DNA of 64,000 bases, taken from NCBI GenBank assembly GCA_049699715.1, contig JBNAVB010000001.1, positions 808 through 64,807 on the forward strand, read 5' to 3'. Shown here in pieces: positions 1 to 9,618 of the stretch. Positions within the stretch are counted from its first letter, which is position 1. Each line of letters opens with the position of its first letter. The notes beneath the pieces were generated by a model that was given only the letters and a program-made list of their open reading frames with translations, had not been told where the DNA came from and made no database searches. Both the position numbers and the translations under genes were made by a program. The DNA is from Candidatus Pacearchaeota archaeon. Lineage in GTDB: Archaea > Nanobdellota > Nanobdellia > Pacearchaeales > UBA284.

Positions 1-5
1 TGATA

Positions 6-1142
6 ATGTTAATAGCGTTTTTCCTTAACAAAACTGTGCTTGGGCCTTTATTTAAGTTTGCTTCATCATCAACCGAGCTTTTGTCATTAGTCGCGGTAGC
101 ATTCGTGTTCCTGTTCGCGGGTTTGGCTTATCTTCTAAACTTGTCAATTGTGATAGGGGCTTTTATTGCAGGCATTACCATTGCGAACTTACCTTACAAG
201 CTCGAGATTGAGAGCAAAGTAAGGCCGCTCAGAGATTTCTTTGCTATAATATTTTTCGTTTCTCTAGGAACATGGCTCACTACTCTCGATATAACTAAAA
301 CGGTGATTCCTTTTTTTATATTCTTGGCTTTTGTATTGCTTGTGAAACCATTCATCACAGCTGCAACAATAAGACTCTTTGGCTACAAGACAAGAACCAG
401 CATCTTGAGTGGGATAAGCTTGGCGCAAATTTCAGAATTCTCCTTAATCTTGGCGTTCCAAGGCCTGCTATTTGGGATTCTCGCACAAGGGACTTTTAAC
501 ATGGTTGTGTTAATAGCGATAATAACAATGGCATTGTCTCCTTACTTAATGAGGATAAGCACTCTAGTCTATGGCAAAACAGCCTCACTATTTAATTTTC
601 TTAATGGAATCTCAATATATAAAGAAGAGCCAAAGCATATCACAAAGAACAAGAAGGGCATTTTATTGTTCGGATGCCACAGGATGGGCTCAATTTTCCT
701 GAAAGCGCTGAACAACGCTAAAGAGAATATAATGGTTGTAGATTATAACCCTGATATCATCAAAGCATTGACAAAACAAAATGTTTCTTGTATTTATGGA
801 GACTCCAGGAGTGATGAAGTTATAGAGTGTTTACCGGTAAAAGATGCCAAGATTGCCATTTCGACAATCCCGAACATAGCGGACAATATATTACTCATAG
901 GCAAACTGAAAAAATTGAACCCCCAGATTTTTATGATTGTCGAAGCGGACAAGATTCATGATGCTTTGAAACTTTACAATCTAGGCGCAGATTATGTCAT
1001 TTTGCCGCAAGTAGTCGGGGGGGAGAAAAGTCTGGATATCGTGAAAGAAGCTGAAAATATAAGCAAAAATAAAGAACGGCTCGCAAAGCTGAAAAAAGAA
1101 CATTTTGAATATCTAAAGGAATTACATCGAACCCTTTATTAA
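6..1142 (+). CDS. Kef-type K+/H+ antiporter (CPA2 family) with C-terminal TrkA-N/RCK domain; 5'-truncated by window edge
   Basis: Multi-TM N-terminal part with GAFIAG, LRDFF and LAQISEFS motifs; Rossmann-like LFGCHRMG...VVDYNP...IYGD; frame is open to the window start. Confidence 0.9.
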   Translation: MLIAFFLNKTVLGPLFKFASSSTELLSLVAVAFVFLFAGLAYLLNLSIVIGAFIAGITIANLPYKLEIESKVRPLRDFFAIIFFVSLGTWLTTLDITKTVIPFFIFLAFVLLVKPFITAATIRLFGYKTRTSILSGISLAQISEFSLILAFQGLLFGILAQGTFNMVVLIAIITMALSPYLMRISTLVYGKTASLFNFLNGISIYKEEPKHITKNKKGILLFGCHRMGSIFLKALNNAKENIMVVDYNPDIIKALTKQNVSCIYGDSRSDEVIECLPVKDAKIAISTIPNIADNILLIGKLKKLNPQIFMIVEADKIHDALKLYNLGADYVILPQVVGGEKSLDIVKEAENISKNKERLAKLKKEHFEYLKELHRTLY

Positions 1143-2467
1143 CTCTTTATCTCTTTTATCTTTCTTATGCCCATTTCTTTCAACTGGGCTTGGCTTACTG
1201 ACTTGAGCAACTCGTGGATGTTGGTTATATCTCTTTTGGATTTCGCCCACAACTGATTATTCTTGATGAAAGCTTTGGGCCATTTTTTCTTGAATGCTTT
1301 GAGATATTTCTCTTGAACGCCCAATGGCGGGCCCTTAACAATATACTCTTTTGAAGGCTCTTTCAAGATAAAATAAAATGTCGCAATGAAAGTTTTTTCA
1401 TTAAATTCAAACTCGCCTTTCAAAATTTTAAAACCATTTTTCTTTAACAAGAAATATAAGAACTCGTAAAGTTTTTTTAGCTTCGCACCCGCAACGTCAA
1501 CTTTGTTTTTGAAACTCAAAGCTTTTAATGTGATAAACTTGGCTTTTGTTTTTTTTGCCCGTGTTTTTAAATTATTGATATCAATTTTTTCCTTGAAAAA
1601 GTAAGATTCTGATGGATGAGCAAGGAATTTTTTTGCTGCTTCAATAAATTTCTTTAGAGTTTCAAAGCTTAATGCTGCGCAAGCATTTCTTTCTTTCTGG
1701 ACAGGATCAACAAGGATTATTGGAGAGTGAAGCTTGGCTTCGTTCATTTCCTCGAGCAATTGTCGCTTTGATTTGTAATAGTGTTTTGAATCGATTACGA
1801 TTCTTGTTTCAAGACTTGTGGGAATTTTCCATTTTGTCGCTGCTTTCAAAAATTTCAAGAAAGAACCATAATAAGAAACAAGGATTTCAAGGGCATAGCC
1901 TGAAAAGCCCCTGATGTAACTCTCAGCGCCATAACAATCACTAGCATAACAGAAAGCCTTGGCAAGCTTGATTTCATTCGCGAGTTTCTTGTTCTTTTTT
2001 GTTTTGCTTAGAACATAAAAAACATGTAAAGGCGAGATGTCTGTAATGTTCAGGGCTTCGGAAGCTTTTTTTATTGCGAGAATGGGAATCAGTTCAAGAG
2101 TTAAGTTCTTGAATTTGATTTGGAAATAATTTCTCGAGCCTTTTAATGTGATATATCGGATTTTTGCGCTTTTGAGTGCTTTTTCTAGGAGGTTTGATAA
2201 TTCGCTTGATTTCTTGCTGAATTTATTGTAGGGAAAAAGAATGAAAATGTCAATGTCATAACTTGTATCTCTCTTCACAAGAGTTTGTTTTGCTAGTGAG
2301 CCACCAATAAAAATTTTTGCGCCGTATTTCTTGAGCTTTGGTTTCAGCTTTGCTTCGAACTTGAGAAGAGCTTTGTCTAGAGCAATCTTTTCTTCGTGAG
2401 GTGGTGTTATCTTTCTTATGACGTTCGTTAAAATTTGGTTTGTTAAAATTTGATTTGAGTTTTTCAT
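1139..2467 (-). CDS. cca: Archaeal (class I) CCA-adding tRNA nucleotidyltransferase
   Basis: GGSLAKQT...YDIDIF nucleotidyltransferase motif, YGAESYIRGFSGYALE, DPVQKERN. Confidence 0.92.
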   Translation of the reverse strand: MKNSNQILTNQILTNVIRKITPPHEEKIALDKALLKFEAKLKPKLKKYGAKIFIGGSLAKQTLVKRDTSYDIDIFILFPYNKFSKKSSELSNLLEKALKSAKIRYITLKGSRNYFQIKFKNLTLELIPILAIKKASEALNITDISPLHVFYVLSKTKKNKKLANEIKLAKAFCYASDCYGAESYIRGFSGYALEILVSYYGSFLKFLKAATKWKIPTSLETRIVIDSKHYYKSKRQLLEEMNEAKLHSPIILVDPVQKERNACAALSFETLKKFIEAAKKFLAHPSESYFFKEKIDINNLKTRAKKTKAKFITLKALSFKNKVDVAGAKLKKLYEFLYFLLKKNGFKILKGEFEFNEKTFIATFYFILKEPSKEYIVKGPPLGVQEKYLKAFKKKWPKAFIKNNQLWAKSKRDITNIHELLKSVSQAQLKEMGIRKIKEIKS

Positions 2468-2561
2468 TTCTTCTCTCTTGCCATAGGAAACGTTTTTAAA
2501 TTTATAAATCTAACTTATATTAGATGAAAGAGGAAATGGATAGGAGAAGAAGAGGTGAAAG

Positions 2562-3647
2562 ATGTTGAGAATTGAAGAAGGGATTGTTATGAGCTATTTT
2601 TGTTTTGATGTGGGCAATGAAATAAGGCTCGAAGAAATTGAAAAAGTTCTCGGAAAAAAAGCTGAACAGATTTTGCTTACCTATGAAAGACTAACGCCTG
2701 AATACGTCCAGTATAAAACTCCGCCTTTGTTTATAAGGGTGGGGGTCGAGAAGGTTAATGGCAAGGAATGGGGCATCGATGCGAAGATTTATGATTTTGG
2801 TGTTGTGACTGTGAGGCTTTGGACCGGAATTGAAGGCACGACTGTAGAAATTACAAAATCCCTCAACAAAGCAGAGCAGGAAATAAAGAAAAAAGCTTTC
2901 ACAATTTTAAACAAAATCTTAGGCGAGATTAAAGCTTATATCGAAAAGCCTCTTATCGATGTGGAAAAGACTTTTAGCAATTATAATATATTTTTTGTGC
3001 AGAGGTTCGAAAGAGCTTGGAAACCACAAGATATTGTTAAGAGGTTCGGTGATGAAATCGCACATTTCTTGAGATATGAAAGTAAAAAACTCAGCGAACC
3101 GGAAATTAGAGATATAATAAAAAATCCACTCTCTTACTATAGCGATGACCTGACGATAATTGATTTCAATGCGGCGTTAATTTATGATCCCCGCAAAAGC
3201 TATGATGTACCGGATGTTTTGGAATATGCTATCATCGAACTGACTGAGTTAAGAGTTTATGATAATTTCCTTGATTCTGTGCTTGAGACAACTTATGAGG
3301 AACTGGGCAAGAAAAAGTTTTTCGCAAGGGGGAAGATCATAGACAAATTGTCCCAGATAAAGCTTGAGGTTTCGGAAGTTAAAGAAAAAGTAGAGAATTT
3401 TATTAAGTTAATTGACGATTCTTATCTTGGAAAGATTTATGTTGCCGCTTCGAACAAATTCTATCTTGAGAAATGGAAGTCGAGTGTTAAAGAAAAGCTG
3501 GAGCTACTTGAAAGCTTATATTCGAAAAGCTGGGACAGGCTACAAACAAGCAGGAATATTTGGCTCGAAGCTGCAATAGTTGCGCTGTTCATCTTGGATA
3601 TAATCTTAATTCTTTGGGAATTATTTGGGAAGAAGATTGGATTGTAA
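2562..3647 (+). CDS. RMD1/DUF155-like protein with C-terminal TM helix
   Basis: IYDFGVV motif, ELRVYD, C-terminal LEAAIVALFILDI helix; SD GAGGTGA upstream. Confidence 0.65.
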   Translation: MLRIEEGIVMSYFCFDVGNEIRLEEIEKVLGKKAEQILLTYERLTPEYVQYKTPPLFIRVGVEKVNGKEWGIDAKIYDFGVVTVRLWTGIEGTTVEITKSLNKAEQEIKKKAFTILNKILGEIKAYIEKPLIDVEKTFSNYNIFFVQRFERAWKPQDIVKRFGDEIAHFLRYESKKLSEPEIRDIIKNPLSYYSDDLTIIDFNAALIYDPRKSYDVPDVLEYAIIELTELRVYDNFLDSVLETTYEELGKKKFFARGKIIDKLSQIKLEVSEVKEKVENFIKLIDDSYLGKIYVAASNKFYLEKWKSSVKEKLELLESLYSKSWDRLQTSRNIWLEAAIVALFILDIILILWELFGKKIGL

Positions 3648-3654
3648 GTTCGGT

Positions 3655-5178
3655 TTAGTGTTTTTTAATTATGACTGGCCTGATTCTCTCTGCGATTCGT
3701 TTTGCATAAGCTAACTTTTCCTTTGTTTCGGCGTAGATTGTGAAAAGTTTCTCATTTCTTTTTACTTGCTCGCCAACATGTTTGTAAAGAAAGAGTCCTG
3801 CGCCGTTGTCTGCAGGCGAGCCAGCCATTCTCGCGATCTTTGACATCCTCTTGTTTGAGATTTCCGAAACTGTCCCTTGATCTTCTGCAAGAATGTCTGC
3901 TTTGAATTTGCCTAGCGCAAGTTTCTCATCCAACTTCGCCAAAGAGCCTTTTTGTGCTGCTATAATCTGTTCAAATTTACTTAATGCACGACCAGAGCCA
4001 AGAATTTCGTTGCAAGTCTTCGAGGCTTCCCCTTCTGGAATGTTCAGCACAAAAGAGAGTAATGCCGAAGCCAAATAAATAGCTCTAGTTTCTAGGTCTC
4101 TTGGGCGGTTAACATCTTGCCTCAAAACCTTTATTATATCCTGCATCTCAAGCGCTGGGCCTATACCATTGCCGATTGGCTGGCTGCCATCTGTGAGGGT
4201 GACTTTTATTGCAAGATTAAGGTTTGCGGCGACTTTCTCGAACTTTTCTTTGAGTTTCTTTGCTGTGGCGATGTTCGGCATCTTGGCGCCCCTGCCATAT
4301 GAAATATCGAGCAAGACATGGGTCGCGTTGACTGCCAATTTTTTCGAGAGGATTGAGGCTATGAGCTGAGGTTCTGGATCAAGAGACAATAGCCTTTCGA
4401 CTTGGATTATTTTATCATCAGCAGGCGCCAAGCCAAGGGAACCGCCCCAAACCAAACAGGCATTTGTCTTGTTAATAATTCTCCTTATTTCATTGATGTC
4501 AAACTCAACCTTAGCAACAGTTTCTATCACATCAGCTGTGCCTGCTGCGCTTGTTATTGCACGAGAAGAAGTTTTTGGGATTATCGCATTGAGTTTAAGC
4601 TCATCAATTGCCGCAGCAATAATTGAAACTACAATTGGAGTTGTCCTGTTGCCTTCGATACCGCCGATGCTATGCTTGTCTATCACTATTTTCTTGTGAA
4701 AATCTAGCTGATGGCCTGTCTTAACCATAGATTTTGTCAACGAAGTAATCTCAGTGAGGTTCATACCTTTCAAGTAAACCCCGGAAACAAAATAGGCAAC
4801 CTCGGCTTCTGTCAACTTGTTGTTCACAATGTCAGAAACTATCGTAAATATTTCTGTGAATGTCAGGGGCTCGCCGCGAAGCTTTTTCTTTATATAATCA
4901 ATGCTCAGCGGCCTCAATGCCGGATTAACATCGACTATTTCTTTGCTTCGGAGTTTCAGTTCTTTGGTTATTTCCTGGGAGAGCGCTATATCTTCTGGGT
5001 CTAGAATCGTGCCGCCGCCTGCGATATCTATCGGCGCGATAATCTCTTGTTTTCTGTCATATCTTTTGATCCTAACGCGTTCGCCCACATGCAAATTAAG
5101 CCATTTTGCAGTGTCCTCATGGATTATTGCGATTGGTTTGCCAGCTATCAAGTGCAAAGCTTTAACTTTCAGTAACAT
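3655..5178 (-). CDS. AMP phosphorylase (thymidine phosphorylase family)
   Basis: DKHSIGG, KTSSRAITSAAGTAD, QPIGNGIGPALE; N-terminal double-psi barrel extension typical of AMPpase. Confidence 0.9.
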   Translation of the reverse strand: MLLKVKALHLIAGKPIAIIHEDTAKWLNLHVGERVRIKRYDRKQEIIAPIDIAGGGTILDPEDIALSQEITKELKLRSKEIVDVNPALRPLSIDYIKKKLRGEPLTFTEIFTIVSDIVNNKLTEAEVAYFVSGVYLKGMNLTEITSLTKSMVKTGHQLDFHKKIVIDKHSIGGIEGNRTTPIVVSIIAAAIDELKLNAIIPKTSSRAITSAAGTADVIETVAKVEFDINEIRRIINKTNACLVWGGSLGLAPADDKIIQVERLLSLDPEPQLIASILSKKLAVNATHVLLDISYGRGAKMPNIATAKKLKEKFEKVAANLNLAIKVTLTDGSQPIGNGIGPALEMQDIIKVLRQDVNRPRDLETRAIYLASALLSFVLNIPEGEASKTCNEILGSGRALSKFEQIIAAQKGSLAKLDEKLALGKFKADILAEDQGTVSEISNKRMSKIARMAGSPADNGAGLFLYKHVGEQVKRNEKLFTIYAETKEKLAYAKRIAERIRPVIIKKH

Positions 5179-5226
5179 TCTCGCCTTTACCTCTTTTTCT
5201 TTATTTCCTCTTCTTTCTGTTTATTT

Positions 5227-6279
5227 TTAACTAGCTAATTTTATTGTGCCGGTTCTGTAGAGCTCTATGAAAATGAGCAAGTATTCCAAGACAAGAGGGC
5301 CCACAATAATACCGACGGGCCCTATCAGTGCTAAACCGCCTAACATCCCGATTAATGCAACAACTTCGTTTATCTTTCCTTTTTTGCCTACAATGCCCGG
5401 TTTAATTATGTTATCTATCCACGAAACCACCAACACCCCGAATATGAACATCAATATTCCGTTTGTGGTGTTTCCCATCGCAATCATTACTATACTAACA
5501 GGCACCCACACAAATGCCGGGCCAATAAAGGGGATTATTGAAAGCAATATTGCTAGTAATGTAAAAAATAGAGGGGAAGGCGCGCCGAATATGTAGAAGC
5601 CTACACCTGCCACTGCTCCTTGGATTATCCCTACAACAACTTGCCCGTAAATAGTAGCAGAACTAATCTCTTTTGAGCGTTTTATCAATCGTTCGTTAAC
5701 TTCGGATGTGAATGGCAGGATTTCCTTAATGTAATTGGTTATTTTAGGGCCTTCCTTGAGCGAATAATAAGCAACAAAAAACACAACAAATAATTGTAGG
5801 ATAATCGTTGGGGCGTCTGTCAGCACTTTTCCGACATTCTCTGTAAAGCTCGAAGTTAATGTTATAATCGCCTGCTGGATTGTCGTCGTAATTTGCCTGC
5901 TTAAGTCGGGGGTTTCAAATATTCTAGAGAGAAAACCGTTAATCAAAGTGTAAAAATCAATTTTTTGTATTTCAATATAAAGGTTGAATGCTTCTTTGAT
6001 TGTTATCTGCGCAATAAAATAGAGTGCAACGGCCAACACTAGAACAGTGACTATTGTAATTATTAAAGATGCTGCTGTTGGATTTTTGACAAGCTTCAAA
6101 ATTTGTTTATATAGGGGGGCCAAAATAAATGCAAGGACTAAACCAAATATCACTGCGACTATAAAAGGCTTTATCAGGAAAAAGGCAAGTATTAACAGCC
6201 CTATCAGTATTACCACCGCGAAGGTTTTTCTAGATGTGTAATGGTCTGCTGGATTATTAATATAGCTTTTCCGGGGCAT
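5227..6279 (-). CDS. AI-2E (PerM/UPF0118) family transporter
   Basis: Multi-TM; IPFIG, DNIIKP, GIIVGP motifs. Confidence 0.9.
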   Translation of the reverse strand: MPRKSYINNPADHYTSRKTFAVVILIGLLILAFFLIKPFIVAVIFGLVLAFILAPLYKQILKLVKNPTAASLIITIVTVLVLAVALYFIAQITIKEAFNLYIEIQKIDFYTLINGFLSRIFETPDLSRQITTTIQQAIITLTSSFTENVGKVLTDAPTIILQLFVVFFVAYYSLKEGPKITNYIKEILPFTSEVNERLIKRSKEISSATIYGQVVVGIIQGAVAGVGFYIFGAPSPLFFTLLAILLSIIPFIGPAFVWVPVSIVMIAMGNTTNGILMFIFGVLVVSWIDNIIKPGIVGKKGKINEVVALIGMLGGLALIGPVGIIVGPLVLEYLLIFIELYRTGTIKLAS

Positions 6280-6362
6280 AATAATATACAGCTTAGTGCT
6301 TTTATAAAGTTTTTTAAAGAATGAGAAACTTTATATTTCAATAAAGCAAAAGGAATTAAAAA

Positions 6363-7262
6363 ATGAGAAAGGCTATAGTTTCTGGACAGTTTTATTTGAG
6401 TGATAAAAGCGGGTTGAATGGCCAAGTCGAATCGTGTTTTTTCAATAAGTTAGGGCCTGGTTCGCTTCCGAAAGCATTTAACTTGAAAGCAAGAAAACTT
6501 GGATTGATTGTTCCTCATGCAGGCTACCCTTATTCTGGAGCTTGCGCTGCCTGGGCCTACAAAGCGCTGATGGAAGTAAAGAAAGAGGACATGCCAGAAA
6601 CTTTTATTATCTTCGGGCCCTGTCACAGCGGTTATGGCAAAACTCCTTTCTCGTTATCCCTTGAAAATTTTGAAACTCCACTCGGGCTTGTCAAAAATAA
6701 TATTGAGCTTGGAAATTCACTTATTGAAGCTTTGAGCTCATTAGGATTGCAGCAGGATGAAGCAGCTCATAAGCTCGAGCACAGTATTGAAGTGCAGCTG
6801 CCTTTCCTGCAGTTTTGTTACAAATTGGCAAAAAAAGAATTCAGGATTGTACCAATTGTTGTGTCATCAATCGATTATGACTCGTGCGCAAAACTTGCCA
6901 TGGCGATAGCGAAAGTCCTCGATGAACAGAAAATAAACAAAAAAGTCTGTGTGATTGCTTCGAGCGATTTTACTCATTACGGATTGAGCTATGGATTCCT
7001 TCCATTCACGAGAAATGTCAAGGAAAATTTGTATGCTTTAGACAAAGCCGCAATATCTCTGATCCTTAAGCTTGACTCAAAGAATTTTTACAAGAAAGCT
7101 ACGAGCTTGACGATCTGCGGCTATTCGCCTATCGTAATGATGCTCGAGCTTGTAAAGGAACTCGGGGCGAAGAAAGCAGAGCTTCTGAAATATTATACTA
7201 GTGGAGATGTTGTTAATGATTATAGTAGCGCGGTCGGATATGCGAGCATTGTGATAGAATAG
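6363..7262 (+). CDS. amrB: MEMO1 family protein (AmmeMemoRadiSam protein B)
   Basis: VPHAGYPYSG, EHSIEVQLPFLQ, SSDFTHYG, TICG. Confidence 0.92.
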   Translation: MRKAIVSGQFYLSDKSGLNGQVESCFFNKLGPGSLPKAFNLKARKLGLIVPHAGYPYSGACAAWAYKALMEVKKEDMPETFIIFGPCHSGYGKTPFSLSLENFETPLGLVKNNIELGNSLIEALSSLGLQQDEAAHKLEHSIEVQLPFLQFCYKLAKKEFRIVPIVVSSIDYDSCAKLAMAIAKVLDEQKINKKVCVIASSDFTHYGLSYGFLPFTRNVKENLYALDKAAISLILKLDSKNFYKKATSLTICGYSPIVMMLELVKELGAKKAELLKYYTSGDVVNDYSSAVGYASIVIE

Positions 7263-7288
7263 ATTGAATACAAACGTTAATCAAACAA

Positions 7289-7920
7289 TTAGCTCTCCCT
7301 ATATTCTTGGATCACTTTTCTTAAAGAGTCCCCTCTAAACACTTTAAGATTATTATTAAACTTGGGCTTTACAGAATTAATATATTTACTTGCTTTTCCA
7401 GAATAAACTATTGCAAATTCAGATAATCTTAAATCCAATTTTTCAAGAATAACTTCTGTCCAAGTTTTTTTAGGAATATAAATGTAGTTCTCTCGAAAAA
7501 GTTTCTTTTCTTTAGATGTTCGCTCTCTTTTTGAACAATCATAGAAAGCAAGAAAATCCCAAGTACGACCATCTATATATTTAATATCATTTGTATTTTT
7601 TTTAATACATCCAGCTTAAATGCAAAATGCACGTCATAATCCAAATTAGATAATCCCGAACGATCCAAACTGCTTAGATGAATCTTGGGTTCAGATAAAT
7701 AATAAAAATAATATTTGCATATCCTATAAAAATCATCTTGTATATCTTGTTTTGGAGTTATAATAAAATCTTTGAAGATTTTAAGGTGTTCTATAGAGAT
7801 GCTATGGAACACTAAATCGGCTGGATGAGAAAGCTCGTAATCATAACATCGAGGGCAATAAGCCATAACAACCTCCTCGAGTTTTATTCCCTTTTCTATT
7901 TTATGATGTAAACAATACAT
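7289..7920 (-). pseudogene. Hypothetical protein (~210 aa if restored), interrupted by a frameshift at an A8 run (7596-7603)
   Basis: ORF 7920-7573 continues in the -1 frame without stops (KKNTNDIKYIDGRTWDF...IQEYRES*) to TAA at 7289. Confidence 0.65.
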
Positions 7921-7925
7921 GATAA

Positions 7926-8209
7926 TTATTTACCTTCTTCAATTTTTGTTAGAATTCCCTCTATTTCTTTGAATATTTTTTTGACCTCGACTGGAGATAA
8001 ATTCCTGTTGGGAATTGGAAGCGTAGGACGATGAGTCACGCCATTTTTTCATAACTGAAACCATAAATCTTGTGATCTCCTTTTTGTCGTATAAATTTGA
8101 AGCCCAGACTCTCCACATAAGCCATAATTTCTTTACCTTTAAAAGATTTAAACCACCCTTCTTCCCTGTTTTTATATTTTTGATATGCCTCTTCGACTTC
8201 CTGCGTCAT
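7926..8209 (-). pseudogene. hicA: HicA-family mRNA interferase toxin, frameshifted at an A6 run (8044-8049); absent from the ORF track
   Basis: GKEIMAYVESLGFKFIRQKGDHKIY, then with one added A: EKNGVTHRPTLPIPNRNLSPVEVKKIFKEI; matches the HicA G-x-H pattern. Confidence 0.7.
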
Positions 8210-8316
8210 TTTTTTATATATTTTTTGTATAGTATTTATAGTGTATCTATAGTTTAAATTTTTTATAGTTTAAATTTTTATCTTTTTTAATATTTATTAA
8301 AAAGTTTTGCTCTTGA

Positions 8317-8912
8317 TTATTTATATCTTCTCTCGGTCCAATAAAAATGTCCTTTTTCTATTGCTTTTTCTCTGAAAGCAGATGGATAGTTAGTAAAAAG
8401 TTGGGAGATATGTTCTCTGGGGAGGTTTCTAAGTGAGACTTTGTCTAGAGCAGTATATATCTCTTTGATTCCTTTTTTAATTTCATTAAAGACTATCGGG
8501 ATTAAATGAACCTTGTTATAATCCAACTTAAGTTGCTTGATGGGGATTTTGTAGTAATATGACCCAGCCCCATTCTTAGGAGTATTTATAATGTATTTAT
8601 CCCTAAATTTTTGTAACTCTAAATTTCCTAAATGGCATTCCTTGCCATTGTAATCTATAATCAGCTCCTTGAAAGTGCCGTAAAAATAAAAATCGCTCAT
8701 ATTATTGATTTTTAAATTACCTTTATATTTGTATATAAGATAATCCCTGCATATACCCCGAAGATCGTGCATTTTTGATTTTAAGGGAATTAGGGTTCCA
8801 TTTATTCGGATTATAGAACACAACCCTTTAGTTTTTTCATCTTCAAAGCCCCAAGGTCAAAGACAACCCTGCTCTTTCCATAATTTTCTATATTTATGAT
8901 TAGATTAGCCAT
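8317..8912 (-). pseudogene. Hypothetical protein (~198 aa if restored), frameshifted near its 5' end
   Basis: ATG at 8912 (MANLIINIENYGKSRVVFDLG) joins the 8823-8317 ORF if one base is added at the G4 (8849-8852) or A6 (8832-8837) run. Confidence 0.55.
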
Positions 8913-9093
8913 TTTCTCGCTTCCTTCTTAGCGATTTATCATTTAAAAATTTTAACCATTCTTATAAATTATGTCACTTATCTGTGGTAACAAACAGAAA
9001 GGTTTATAAATCTCATTTTCTTTTGAAACCTATCAAAACTTATAAAAATAAAGATAAAAATTAAATAATTAAAAAGGTTTAAAAAATAAAAAA

Positions 9094-9399
9094 ATGGATA
9101 ACGACAAATTAGCAGGGATTATATTAGGGGCATTGGGTGCTAGCGCTGTTGCAGGGATAAGCGCAATTGTATGGCATTTCGGGATTAATCCCTTGATCAA
9201 AAACGAGAGAGACCTTAAAAAAATCATGAATCCGGATTCTACAATTGAATATTCTGGAACAATATGGGGCTCTTGGAAAAAATACGGAGAACCTTATGGG
9301 ATAGCTTGGGATATTTGGCTACACGGGATAACAGAATACAATAATATAAAAAATCCAGATAATCCTGGAAAATATAAAGTGTCTATACTTGAAAAATAA
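9094..9399 (+). CDS. Hypothetical protein with N-terminal TM helix
   Basis: ORF with A-rich leader and hydrophobic N-terminus. Confidence 0.65.
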   Translation: MDNDKLAGIILGALGASAVAGISAIVWHFGINPLIKNERDLKKIMNPDSTIEYSGTIWGSWKKYGEPYGIAWDIWLHGITEYNNIKNPDNPGKYKVSILEK

Positions 9400-9408
9400 A
9401 CAAGTAAG

Positions 9409-9594
9409 ATGATAGATGAAGAATTGAAAAAAATTTATAATGCATTAATAAGAGGATGTATCGAAGAGAATGCTCTTTTTATGGAGAATTATGAGTGTGG
9501 CTTGGCAAAGAAAGTCACTGACATTTATTTGGTGGATTGCCCCAAAAGAAAAGGATTTAAATGCCTTGCTTACAGAAAACAAGACAAAGTTTAA
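9409..9594 (+). CDS. Small Cys-containing hypothetical protein
   Basis: Co-oriented ORF 9 bp after the previous gene. Confidence 0.5.
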   Translation: MIDEELKKIYNALIRGCIEENALFMENYECGLAKKVTDIYLVDCPKRKGFKCLAYRKQDKV

Positions 9595-9618
9595 AAGTTT
9601 CTTTTTCTTTTTGACTTG

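Noticed and set aside
2426..2457. Tandem NQILT-NQILT repeat at the CCA enzyme N-terminus
   Set aside because: A simple 15-bp in-frame duplication in a variable terminus
3655..5178. AMP phosphorylase as a novelty
   Set aside because: A well-known part of the AMP/RuBisCO nucleoside salvage pathway in DPANN; its partner genes are not in this window
7289..8912. Stop-codon reassignment as an explanation for the broken island ORFs
   Set aside because: Continuations are in a different frame, not read-through; TAA, TAG and TGA all end conserved genes in this window and aRF1 motifs look standard
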